From: Lama guanicoe
Taxonomy: Eukaryota
Length of the DNA: 64,000 nucleotides
NCBI GenBank assembly: GCA_013239625.1
Contig: MU054212.1
Location: forward strand, 8,331,084 to 8,395,083
Direction of reading: 5' to 3'
The position numbers were made by a program, and so were the translations under genes. Below are positions 1-11,979 of this stretch, piece by piece (positions within the stretch are counted from its first letter, which is position 1; the number at the start of each line of letters is the position of its first letter). The notes beneath the pieces are model-generated. The model was not told where the DNA came from and made no database searches. It worked only from the letters and a program-made list of their open reading frames with translations.

Positions 1-690
1 AATAACTAAGGAAAAAAAGAAGACTCAAATTACTAAAATCAGAAGTGAGAATGGGAATATTATGACTGCTCTTACAGAAACAAAAAGGATTCATAGGGAA
101 TAGTATGAACAATTGTATGCCAAAAAATTAGGTAAACCAGAACGGACAAATTCCTAGAAAGATATGACCAAAAATGATCCAGAAAATATTTAAAAATCTA
201 GATAGATGTGTAGCAAAGAAACTTACTGAATTGGTAACCAAAACATTTCCCACAAAGAAAAGACAGGCCTAGATGGCTTCAGTGGTTAATTCTATGAAAC
301 TGTAGCTATAAGAATTACCACCACTTCTTCAAAAAATCTTCCAAAAAATAAGAGGGAATACTTTCCAACTTATTCTGAGGCCAGTATTACCCTGATACCA
401 AAACCAGACAGACATCTAAAGAAAACAGGCTAATATCCTTTGCGAATATAGAAGCAAAAATCCTCAACAAAATACCATCAAACCAAATCCAACAACATAT
501 AAAAAGGATCATATACTGTGATCAATTGAGATTATCACAGGAGTACAAGATTGGTTTAACATTTTTAAAAGATCAGTCAATCACCATATTAATCAAATAA
601 AGGACAAAATCCACATAATCACCTCAACAGACTCATAAAAAAGGAGTCTGACAAAAACCTAACATCTCATGATAAAACCAAAGCAAAAAT
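1..690 (+). mobile_element. Old LINE-1 ORF2 fragment (left part of an interrupted element)
   Basis: Decayed L1 RT-region sequence (gaggccagtattaccctgataccaaaaccagaca, aaaatcctcaacaaaata). Confidence 0.88.
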
Positions 691-2101
691 ATTCACATGT
701 AAAAGAATGGAACTAGAACCCTATCTTACACCACTCATAAAATTAACTCAAAATGGATTAAAGACTTAAATGTAAGACCCGAAACCACAAAACCCCTAGA
801 AGAAAATACAGGAAAAAAGCTCCTTGGCATGGGTCTTGGCACTGATTATTTTGGATATGGCAGCTAAAGCACAAGCAACAAAATGAAAAATAAATGAGAC
901 TGCATCAGACTAAAAAGCTTCTGCACAGCAAAAGAAACAAAGTGAAAAGACAGCCTACAGAATGGAAGAATATTTGCAAACTATGTATCTGATAAGGGGT
1001 TAATATCTAAAATATATAAAGAACTTATATAACTCAATAGCAAAACATAAGAAATACTCCAATTTAAACATGGGCAAAGGACCTGAAAAGACATTTTTCC
1101 AAAGATACACAGATGGCCCAATGGTACATGAAAAGATGCTCAGTATCACTAGTCATTAGGAAAATGCAAATCAGAACCATGAGATATCACCTCATGTCTG
1201 TTAAAATGGCTGTTACTAAAAAGACAAGACATAATAAATGCTGGTGAAGATGTGGAGAAAAGGGAAGGAATCCTTGTGCACTGTTGGTGGGAATGTAAAT
1301 TGGCTCATCTGCTATGGAAAAGTATGAAGGATCCTCAAAAATAAAAAGATGGAATTACTATATATCCAGCACTTCCCACTTCTAGGAATATAGCCAAAGG
1401 AAACAAAAACACCACTCAAAAAGATACCTGCACCTCTGTGTTTATAGCAGCTTTATTTATAATAGTCAAGCTATGGAAATAGCCTGAGTATCCACTGACA
1501 GATGAATGGGTAAAAAAGTTGTGGTATATAAATACAGTAGAATATTATTCAGCCAAAAAACAAGGAAATCCTGCCATTTGCGACAATACAGATGGACCTC
1601 GAGGGCATTGTGCTAAGTGAAATAAGGCAGGAAAAGAAAGACAGATGCCGGTGACCTCGCTTATATGTGGAATCTAAAAAACAAAACAAAACAAAACAGC
1701 AAAAACAAAAACCAGATTCATAAAAAAAGAGACCAGATTTGTGGTTACCAGAGGTGGCGTGTGGGGTAGGGGGAGCTGGAGAAAGGTGGTCAAAAGGCAC
1801 AAATTTCCAGTTACAAAATAAATAAGTATTAGAGATACAAAGTACAATGTGATGACTATAGTTACCACTGCTATATGATATATATATGAAAATTGTTGGG
1901 AATAAATCCTAGGAGTTCTCATTACAAGGAAAAAATTTTTTTCTTTTTCATTTCTTGTTATTGTATCTATATGAGATGATGGATGTTAACTAAAGTGGTA
2001 ATCATTCCACGATACATGTAAGTCAAGCCTTTATGCTGTACACCTGAAACTCACACAGTGATCTATGTCAATTACTTCTCAATAAAACTGGAAAAAAAAA
2101 A
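691..2101 (+). mobile_element. 5'-truncated LINE-1 (L1MA-like ORF2 end + 3'UTR + polyA) nested in the older L1
   Basis: aactcaaaatggattaaagacttaaatgtaagacc..., aaggaaatcctgccatttgcgacaa...; ends tcaataaaactggaaaaaaaaa. Confidence 0.88.
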
Positions 2102-3290
2102 CTTCAACAAACTGAAAGTAGAAGGCAATTTTCTCAACCTGATAAAAGACATCTATAAAAACCACAGGTAACATCATACTTGGTGGTGAAAGACTGAAAG
2201 CTTTCCTCCCCAGAGATCAGGAACAAGACAAGGATATTCACTTCTGCTGCTTGTATTCAACATTGTACTGGAGGTCATAGCCAGCGCAATCAGGTAATAA
2301 AAAGTAAGGAAAGATATCCAGATTAGAAAGGAGGATGTAAAACTAAGTCTCCTTGTAGGACATGATCTTGTGTAGAGAGAATCCTGAGGGAAACACACAC
2401 ATACACACACACACTTAGAACTAATAAATAAGTTTCAGCAAGGTTTCAGGATACCAGGTCAGTATACAAAAACTGATTGTATTTCTCTTCATGGCAGTGC
2501 ACTGTCTGAAAATGAAACTAAGAAAATTCTTATTATAACATCAAAAAAGAAGAAAATACTTTGGAATAAATTTAACAAAAGAAGTTTAAAATGCATATTC
2601 TAAAAACTACAAAACAGTTGAAAGAGGTTAAACATAAATAAATGGAGAGACGTCACATATTTATGGATTGGAAGATAATATTAAGATTTCAATTCTCCCC
2701 AAATTGATCTACAGTTTCAATGAAATTCCTATAAAAATCCCAGCAGGCTTTTTTTTTTTCCAAAATTGATGAGATAAACCTAAAATTCATATGAAAGTTT
2801 TTATGGAAGTGTAAGGGGACCAGACTAGCCAAAACAATTTTGGAAAAGAAATACAAAGTTGAGGACTCACACTTCCCACTTTCAAAACTTACTAAAAAGC
2901 TACAGTATTTAACATTGTGGGGTAATTGGCATAAGGATAGACATAGAGATCAATGGAATAGAATTGAGAATCCAGAATTAAATTCATACATTTCTGGCCA
3001 ATTGATTTCTAGCAAGGGTGGCAAGACAATTCAGTAGGTAAGTTATAGTATTATCAACAAATCGTGCTGGGAGCAACTGGAAAGCCATACAAGGTATTCT
3101 TCCATAGACTGTTAAATAGAAAATGGAAATTAAGGTGGTGAAAACAAACAGTTTCTTTAAAAAAGACAGAATAGAAGGAAGGAAATAGTAGAGCATGAAT
3201 TAATGAAATAGAAAGCAAACATTAAAAAAAGAAAAAAAGCCAGAAGTTCATTTTTTGAAAAGAATAAAATTCATAATCCCCCAGCACATC
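2102..3290 (+). mobile_element. Old LINE-1 ORF2 fragment (right part)
   Basis: Resumes the RT sequence; ORF 2840..3037 contains the L1 ORF2 motif WHKDRHRDQWNRIENPE. Confidence 0.88.
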
Positions 3291-3690
3291 TCCCTAGGAT
3301 GCCCATCAGGCCTTTGATCACTCCAGCTGTCAGGGAGCTGCAGCTAAGCCTCCAGGGCATGTTAAAAGGAATCTCTTTCCATCAGGTGGATCCAGTTCCC
3401 TGGAAGGCAGACTGAACCACCTATCTACAGTATCATACAATGTATATTTATCACTTACACTACACTTCTCCAGACAGCATGTTTGTTATTTGTTTATAAA
3501 TGTGGTTCTGTGTAAATATTTTCATTAAATTTTATTTAGTCTGCTTACTCGATGTAGCTAATTACATGGCGGGGGGTAGTGGAATTCCTAGACTGTCATT
3601 TGGTCCAGGGGATCCTATGCAAAATTCCAAAGGCACGAGAATGTTCTTTCCATGTAAGCCATGCTGTAGGGGGAAAGTTTCCATCTAAAT

Positions 3691-3935
3691 CAGGGATTTG
3701 CAAACTACTGCAGGAAGGCCAGCCAGCCACTGTTTTTGTAAATAGTTTTTTTTTAATTTTAATTTAATTTTTATTTTTTTGTAAATAGAGTTTTAATGGA
3801 ACACAGCCTTGCCTGTTTGTGAGTTATCTAAGGCTGCTTTCTGCTACAAAGGCAGAGTTGCATAGTTGCAGCAGAAACTGGCCCACAAGCTGAAAATACT
3901 ATATTTCCCTTTATAGAAAATGTTTGCTGATCCCG
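3691..3935. mobile_element. MER58A-like hAT-Charlie MITE
   Basis: Ends CAGGGATTTGCAAAC...GTTTGCTGATCCCG; perfect 8-bp TSD ATCTAAAT at 3683-3690 and 3936-3943. Confidence 0.85.
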
Positions 3936-4362
3936 ATCTAAATGAGAAAGAGAAAAAGAAAGTTCTCTTTTTTTAACTTTTTAAAATTTTTTATTATAAA
4001 TGTGCTGCTAGCTTATTGTGAAAAAAATTGGTAATATATAAAAGAATAGTCATTTATCTCCATAAGCCTACTTAGCAAAGTTAGTATTTTGATGTGTGCC
4101 ATTCTACATATGTATTTGTGTACTTTTTTCCAAAAATGATACTGATAATGGTAATTGAAAATTGTCCCCATTGGTACATCGTAAACATTTTACATGTCCG
4201 TAAACATATCCCTACATCATCATTTTAAATATGACTGGGGGGTATTTATAATTGCTTTCTCAATATTCCTTCCTCCACTTCCCTGCCACAAACATTCTCA
4301 ATAACAGCACCTTACCCTGATTTTCCTTTAGTAATTCACTCTCCCTTTCTGGGTCATTAAGT

Positions 4363-4600
4363 TTCTTTTAACTCTGAATTTTGAGATAATTTCAAACTTA
4401 CAGAGAAATTGCAAGAATAATGCAAAGAATTCCTGTACACACTTCACCCAGATTCCCCAAGTATTATGTTATCACATCTGCTTTATAATTCTCTACCTGC
4501 TCTACCCAGATATATATCTCTGTCCCTAAATCTAAATCTGTGTCTATATCTGTGTTAATTTGTCTGCTGAACTGTGAGAGCCAGTTGCAGACACAGTGCC
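4363..4600 (-). mobile_element. L1MC-type 3'UTR fragment
   Basis: tttgagataatttcaaacttacagagaaattgcaagaataat...cttcacccagattcccc. Confidence 0.6.
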
Positions 4601-4619
4601 GTGACATAGTCTGACTCAC

Positions 4620-5750
4620 GATCTGGCTGCTGTGCGGAGAAATGAGTGAAGCAGGGCAAGGGGAAGCAGGGAGGCTATGACCTGAGCAACTGGAAGGAGG
4701 AAACTGCCACTTTTGAAGATGAAGACTACAGGGACATGTTTGGGGAGAAATTGAAAGTTTGATTGGGGCATGTTAGGTCTAGGCTGCCTATTAGTCACTG
4801 TACCTAGTTTATATGCCTTCTCCTAATTGCAGGGCCAGGGTTTCTGTTCCACGATACTGATGACCCTCTAAGAAGATGGCCTGCACCATCCACCCTTGAG
4901 GTTGCAGGCCCACCAGGCTGCAGGTAGAGGGCGCAACTGACTGCCCCTGGATCTCTGGCCTGCCACTCCTGGCCCCCTGCCCCGGTGCTGTTGTGTTGTC
5001 TTCGAGACTGACTTCCTAGTGGTTGCTGCTGGAGAGGCTGAATGGTGCCACCTGGGAGTGTTGAGCTGATGCTCTGTGGTGGACACTGACCAGAGGGAGA
5101 GGGGAGTCTGCAGAAAATTCTCCCTCCTCCCTGTGCTCTTAAGATAGTGAGACTAAGCAAACAGCAGTGCCTTAGCTGTAGACAGCTCAGTTACACCTAT
5201 TTGTATTTGTTCTCTCTCCTTCCCTGCTTCCCCTCCCATTTACCCTTCAGTCATCCTATTCTGGGACTGCATCACCCCAATAAAGTATTAACAATGAGGT
5301 TAAACTAAGGCTCTGTTTTCTTAGGAACCCAGATTAAGCAGGCTTCAAAGTGGAAATGTCTGGTAGGCAAATAGATATATGAACATGTAGTTCAGAGAAG
5401 ATGTCTAGGCTGAAAATATAGATATGGAGTCCTAGGTAGTAGAGACATTAAGACCAGATGAGATCACCTGGGAAGTGCATATATAGAAAAGAGAAGAGAT
5501 CTGAACACTGAGCCCTCAGGCACTCGAATATATTGAAGTCTAGAGAGATGAAGGGAAAACCAGCATCAAGACTGAGAAGAAATGTCCCAGGAGGTAGAGA
5601 AAAACCAAGCATGTTTTTCTTGAAGCCAAATGAAAATACATCAATATCCAATCATGCAAGATACTTCAGCTTGATGGCTCAAGCAGTGTAAGTCTAATAA
5701 ATGACTGTTGGAATCAGCAATACTCATTTCGCAAACTTGACAAGCACTCT
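4620..5750 (-). mobile_element. LINE-2 fragment split by an LTR
   Basis: L2 reverse-strand motifs at 4620-4800 and 5341-5750 (ggaaatgtctggtaggcaaatagatatatg...gttcagagaagatgtctaggctg). Confidence 0.7.
4811..5340 (+). mobile_element. LTR16-like solo LTR (ERVL)
   Basis: gctgcaggtagagggcgcaactgac..., and the end ccccaataaagta...ggctctgttttcttaggaacccagattaagca. Confidence 0.65.
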
Positions 5751-5759
5751 GTATGTGGA

Positions 5760-7450
5760 GAATTTGTATAATACACAGCAATGTCATACCTCTCATTCCT
5801 GATCTAATTTGTGTCCTCTTTTTTTCTTTTCTTGATAGGTCTGGCTAGAAATTTATCAGTTTTATCAATCTTTTTAAAAAGTTAGCTTTTGGTTTAGAGT
5901 ATAGAAATTGATTTTTCTCTTGTTTTTCTGTTTTCTATTTTGTTGATTTCCTAGCTAATCTTTTTCTTTTCTTTGGGCTTAATTTTTTCTTATTCTGGTT
6001 TCTTAAGGTGAAAGTTGAAGTAATTAAATTAGAACCTTTTTCTCTTAACATGTGTTTTATTGCTATACCTTTACCTATAAGTGCTGCGCCCCAGAGATTG
6101 TTTTTTCAGCTCTTTATCCCTCCGCTCTCCCTTCACTTTCGGGGACTCTAGTTACATTTACACATACTAGGTTGCCTGAAGCTGTACCACAGCTCTCTGC
6201 AGTTTTTCTTAGTGTTTTCTTTTCCTGTTTTTCATTTTGTATGATGGTTTCTTTTGCTATGTATTACCTACCATAATTTTTTCTTCTTTTCTTTGATTAT
6301 GTTTAGTCCACAATTCCATCCATGCATTTAAAAAAATCTCATTGTAGTTTTCACTTCTAGAAGTTTGATTTGGTTGATTTCTATAGCTTTCACGTCTCCA
6401 CTGAGCACGTCCAGTACTTCCAGTAGCTTCCTGATCATATGGAATACAGTTTGACAATTGTCTTAACATGCTTATCTAATTCTTTGTCATTTCTGGGTCA
6501 ATTTCATTGAGTGGTTTTTCTTATTATGGGTCATATTTTCCTGTTTCTTTGCATGACCTATAAGTCATCCAATTTTTGATTGGATACCAGACCTTGTGTA
6601 TTGTATCTTGTTGGGTGATGGTATTTTTAATATATATATTCTTGAGATTTGTTCTGGGATGTGTTTAATTATTGGGACAGTTTTATCTTCTCAGCTCTTT
6701 TAGGCAGTGTCTAGTCTACAGTTCATTTTTTTTCTCCTATGGAGGCAAGACCCTTCCTTCTATTCAATCCCAGAATTTCTCAACCTCTCAGCACTATTGA
6801 CATTTAAGGTTGGATAATTCATTGTAGGATGTTTATCAGCATCTCTGGCCTCTACCCACTAGGTGCCAGTAGAGCCCATCTCCTATGGTTTTAACAACTA
6901 AAAATGTCTCCAGATATTACCAAATGTCTCCTGTGTGTGTGTGTGGCGGCGGGGGGGTGAGGGGGATGGGGACTGCCCTTGAGAATCACTGTTCTAACTG
7001 ATGTCCTGTGACTTATGAGGCTTTCTACTCTGGCTGATGGTGCTATTCCTGACTGTTTTTGAGTTCCAGTGATTTTCCCCCTAATACCCTTTGGATGGTT
7101 CTTTCCCCCACCTCAAGCAGTTTCTTTACACATGTGCTCATCATTACTCAACTGAATACTTGTGAGGGACCCTCTGCAGATCTCCAGTGTTGAGCTCTCT
7201 CCTCTTTGGTACATTGCCCTGCAAATGCTAGCCACTTGGCCTCCCAGGGCCCCTTGCTCCATCTTCTCCACTAGGGAGACTGTCAGGCTCTGCTTGAGTT
7301 CCCCCTCCCTGCGCTGTGGCCCAGGAACTCTTGTCAGTAAACTGAGGCAACTCAAGTTTGCCTCTTTTATTTCCCATCTCAGCAATCTCGTCTCTCCCAT
7401 CCTTTGCTTGTGTTTAGTATATTTTTGTCTGATGTTTTATTTGTTCAGGC
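5760..7450 (-). mobile_element. Old L1M/L1ME fragments
   Basis: T-rich decayed L1 on the minus strand (ctggctagaaatttatcagttttatcaatcttttt; ttgtagttttcacttctagaagtttgatttgg). Confidence 0.7.
6771..6991. mobile_element. MER20 hAT-Charlie element inserted in the L1
   Basis: CAGAATTTCTCAACC...cactattgacattt...tggcctctacccactaggtgccagtag...aaaatgtctccagatatt...TTGAGAATCACTG. Confidence 0.85.
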
Positions 7451-8009
7451 AGGTTAGATCTAGTCATCTTGATTTGAAGGATTTTCTTTGTGATTTTTTT
7501 AAAAAGCTCATTTGCATGCTAATTAGAAAAATTTGAGAGGAAAAATTGATAATGTGAGAGGTGAGGATTACTGAAGAAGGTGTGAAAGGATGGCTTAGAT
7601 CCAATGGAGAGGCGAGTCTCAGAAGCACAGGTGATCCAAAGTTAAGAGGAAAGAGGCATTAAGATGAACAAACCAAGATATGGACACTTAATTTACTGTT
7701 TTCTAGATTTTTTTTCTATTGTAAATATGGTGTAATAGGTATAGATGGGACAGGTATATATAGAACAGTTAACACAGGTGTGGAGAGAACACAAAAATGT
7801 TGATGGGCTGTTAACTAGGATTGTGGACTCACAGGTGACTTTTGGGGTGATTTTTATTTCTAAGCTTTTCCTATTACTATGTATCACTATTAATTTATAT
7901 ATTAATAGTATATAATGTTACATAAAGAAAATATGTAAAGAGACATTTTTAAGAATTTGAAGGAAAGAAGATACCTGGACATGTTGTTTTGTTCAATTCT
8001 CAGCACCCA

Positions 8010-8460
8010 GTCATTACACTCCTTTGCCCAAAACCTCTTAATAGCTTCTCATCTCATTCAAAGTCATAGTTCTACCAATGGCTAACTAGGTCTTTCCGCC
8101 TTCATCCTTACCTCATTTCTCTAGCTTCATCCACTTCCCCCTACGTTCACTTTGCTCCAGCCACACTGGCCTCCTTGCTGTCTCCTGGACAAATGAGGTA
8201 TCACTCCTACGTCAAGTCCCCTTCACTTGTTCCCGTATGCCTGGAACATCTTTCCTCCAAAGTTTCATGACTTGCTTCCTTATACTCATTCATATCTTGA
8301 CTCTCATATTTCACTCCCAGTGAAACCTTCCCTGGACAATCTATCTAAATTGCAATACCCTTCCTCCTCAATGCTTTGTATCCCTTCTCTCCCAATATAT
8401 TGTCTCCTTACCATTTGCCAAGACATACAATATGCTTCTTTTTTCCACTGCCATCTAGTT
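8010..8460 (+). mobile_element. LINE-2 3' fragment
   Basis: cactttgctccagccacactggcctccttgctgt...gcctggaacatctttcctcca. Confidence 0.7.
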
Positions 8461-8989
8461 TCCACACACAAAAGCAGTCGATGTAAACTCCAAAACAGTC
8501 TTGGACCTCAGCAACTTCAAATCCAGAGGCCTGAGAATTTTAAAAAGAAGGCCCCAAAGAACCCTGTTGAGAGGGTATGGAGGCCATGGGGAGGCTCCAG
8601 GGTCATATACAGGGGATGCTTGAGGGGAATGCCCCCAGAGCAATGGCTGGAAGTGGGTACCGCGTACTCAGCAGTGTAATCCTCAGTCTGAGGCCCAAGT
8701 TAATCTGTAGGAAGGATGGAAGGAAAATGAAAAAGACGTGACTGTGTAAGAAGTTTTTCATCTATAGACACTGCCAACAGCAATGTTCAGTTATTGGTAG
8801 CATTTAAAGAGTATGTGTATGGTATGTGGTGTAGAGAGAATACAGTAACAAATGGCAGAGGTTGACAGAGGCCAAATCATGGAAGGCCATGCTAATTTTA
8901 TTAACCTATATATAGTGCATAAAGTGTTAAGTCTAGAATTTAAAATTACAAAGGTTTTCTACAAATCAATAAGAAAATACAAATAACCT

Positions 8990-10620
8990 ATATTAATCAG
9001 GACAGAAACCCAATTCAGTTATCTTAAACAAGAAAGGGACTTTATTGGCTCACAAAACTTTAAAGTCCGGAGGTAGGGCAGGCTTTAGGCACAGCTGGAT
9101 CTAGGGCCTCCAGAAAAATGACATCAGAACTTAGTTCTCATTCCTTTCTGCTAGCCTCTGAGTTTCTCCTCAGACTCTCTCCACATGGTACAGATTCAGG
9201 CTTACACAGTCCTTAGTTCGTGGGATCTGTCGAGCCTTCTTTCCGAGAGTTCCAGCAGAAGTTCTGTTGAGGGCTTTCTTTAGCCTGGCTTGAGTTACAT
9301 GCCCATGCTTTAATCACTGTGGCTAAGGAGGTGTGGGACTCAGGAAGGCCAGACCTGGTCATGTACTCACCTACGCCACAGGGAATGGGTTCCCCACAAT
9401 AAATAAGGATTCTGTTATCACAAGATGGGGAAAGAGATGCTGAATAAACAAAAACAACATATACCCACACATAACCCAACAGAAAAGCAGGTAAAGGATA
9501 CAAACAAACAATCCATGATAAAACTATAAACGGTCAATAAATACATGAAAATACCCTCAACCTCACCACTAATCAGGGAAATGCAAAATGATCCTTTTTT
9601 CTTTTTTGCCCATCAGATAAAAATTATCAAATGTAGGTAAGGCTACGTGGGGAAATGAGCACTCTGTATGTAATTGGTGAAAACAGAAAGTTATGAAGGC
9701 CTCTGGGGAGGCTAAGGTGGGGTCTGGTCTACCAGAAAGCACACCCTTTGACCCAACAATCTCATACTCCACCCTAAAGAAATATTCACACACATGCACA
9801 AAGATACATGAAAGAGATGTTTACTTTGGCAATGTAACAGCAAAAGAAAAAAATATGGGAATATTTAAATAATGGTATTTTCATAGTATTGAATACTATT
9901 TAATCATTAAAGAAATTTAAAGACCTCAGAATCTGTTTTTGAGACAAAAAAAAGCAAGCTGCAGAACAATACATATATATGATCCTATATATGTAAAAAT
10001 AGCACTTATATGTGTACATATATTCACATGGAAATTATGGAAAGGAGACTAGATGAATGTACACTAAACTGGGCGCTGGAATGTGATTGGAAATGCTGGA
10101 GAAAAAGCTCTCTCTTTGCTCTTGGGTATATTTAAGTTTTGTACAATGAGATGGTAGACATTTGTACTTTCATAATTAAAAAAGAAAAATTGGGAAATGC
10201 AATTCACAATAGGAAATGCAAACGGCCAACAAACATAAGATATTCCTCCTTACTAATAAAGAATGACAAATTTACCTATCAGAGTGGCAAAAATACTGAA
10301 GGATTCAGGGTTGGTGGGAGTGCAGGCAAACAGGTACTCTACTGATGCAATCTTTACAAAGGTGTTTCTCAAAATGTTAAATGTGCACGTCTTCTGACCC
10401 AATAATTATATTTCCAGCTATTTACCCTACAGAAATACCCACACGGGCAGCAAATACATACAGATGTTAACTCTATCTTGATCTATAATAAAAAAACTGG
10501 AAATAACCAAATTACCTACACAGGGGTTGGTTAAAGAAGTTAGCATATTGATGCAATGAATTAGTATGCAGCCATTAAAAAACAATGTGTACATCAAAGT
10601 GGGAGGGAAGGGAGACACTT
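8990..10620. mobile_element. Ancient MLT1 LTR (about 9000-9470) and L1ME 3' fragments (about 9480-10620)
   Basis: ggcaggctttaggcacagctggatctagggc (MLT1-like); taatcagggaaatgcaaa, ccctttgacccaacaat, tatgcagccattaaaaa (L1ME-like). Confidence 0.6.
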
Positions 10621-10624
10621 TTCA

Positions 10625-10755
10625 GTGCAGTAACATGTAAAATGGGGATATGTACCTACCTCATATGGTTGCTGTGAGGATTACGAGTTAATCCAGGATA
10701 AAGCGCTTCCAACAGTGCCTGTATACAGCGACCACAAGTGTCAGCTATTAACACA
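10625..10755 (+). mobile_element. MIR fragment
   Basis: tgtaaaatgggga...tacctacctcatatggttgctgtgaggatta. Confidence 0.7.
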
Positions 10756-11973
10756 TTTTTGCTTAAATATGTATAAGCCTAAGTCTGGAAGAATATCAAA
10801 CCAAATAATTACTACTTCTGAGTAAGACTGTGAAAAGGAATGTCCTTTTTCATTTTGTACTTCTGTACTGTAGAAAAGTCAAATGAGCACATTTAATAGC
10901 TTTTACATTTGTTTACCGTTAAGATAAAAGCATAAAATTTATCAATCAGGGTTCAACAGCCATCATTCATTGTATTGTGAAAAAAATATGTCCCTGGAGT
11001 TCACAGCACTAGATTTGAGTTTTAGTTCTAACTGGCCACATGCAAGTCACACGATCTCTGAATCTTGCTTTCCTAAGCTACAAATCTAAGTGAGCTAGGT
11101 ATAGCATCTAACCCAATGCCTGGCATGCAGGTTCTTTCAGCACGTGTAACCCTCCCTTCAACTGACACAACTGTGGTAGACATATTGCTAAATGACCAAG
11201 TGCCAACTGGGTGTGAATGTGGGGACTTTAACCTCCAAGAAAACCACGAGAGTTTAGAAGTAATGCGCACCAAATGCTCAGCAGCTACCAGACAGGCATC
11301 AGCCGTCTGCATAGCGTCAACAACTGCTTGCTTAATAACTGAACAGACGCCACTGCTTGACAACCGCCAGGTGACCATTTCATCAGAAGCTGGGCGCTCC
11401 CCAGCCTGGAACTGCTAACTGTGATTACCTGTGTGGATATAAATCTATGTCTAGATGAAATCATAAGCCACTGAAGTTATTTTAAATCAGTTTGTCTAGT
11501 GGGAACTTAGCCTAACCAGGGATGTCAAGTTCAAAGACCACCACTTCCTTTTCATGTGTACGGTCATCCAGCTTTTTTGGGTCCGGCCCATTTTCCCCAC
11601 AGAGCCTTGCCTGAGCTTCAGAATCCTTTCTAAACAACGCACAGGTTATCAGAGATGGCAAGACAAACTCCTATTTGCCAACTCTAGAACTTTTTCTAAG
11701 CTCTCACATTATACCAAACATCTTTGGTGTTTATGACAAATATACCACAGGGAAGCCTCTTTGCATACAGGAAAGATGCAAGATCTAAAACAGCGTGAAA
11801 TTCTAGCCAGAAAAAAGTTGCTCCCTTCTTAACCTACCCTGATAAAAGAACTCTGTCATCCCAGCAGTATTCCAAATATGCTACCTCAAAACCTACTTGA
11901 AAAGAAGCCAGTTATAAATAAATAAATCAATCAACTCAAGATCATTTTATCTTAGAGCGGAGGAGTTTATAGC

Positions 11974-11979
11974 TTTATT
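11974..11979 (-). terminator. Candidate ZNF24 polyadenylation signal AATAAA (other candidates at 12192-12197 and 13215-13220)
   Basis: AATAAA on the minus strand about 2 kb past the stop, followed by a U-rich tract (complement of ataaataaataaatcaatcaa, about 11914-11934). Confidence 0.5.
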
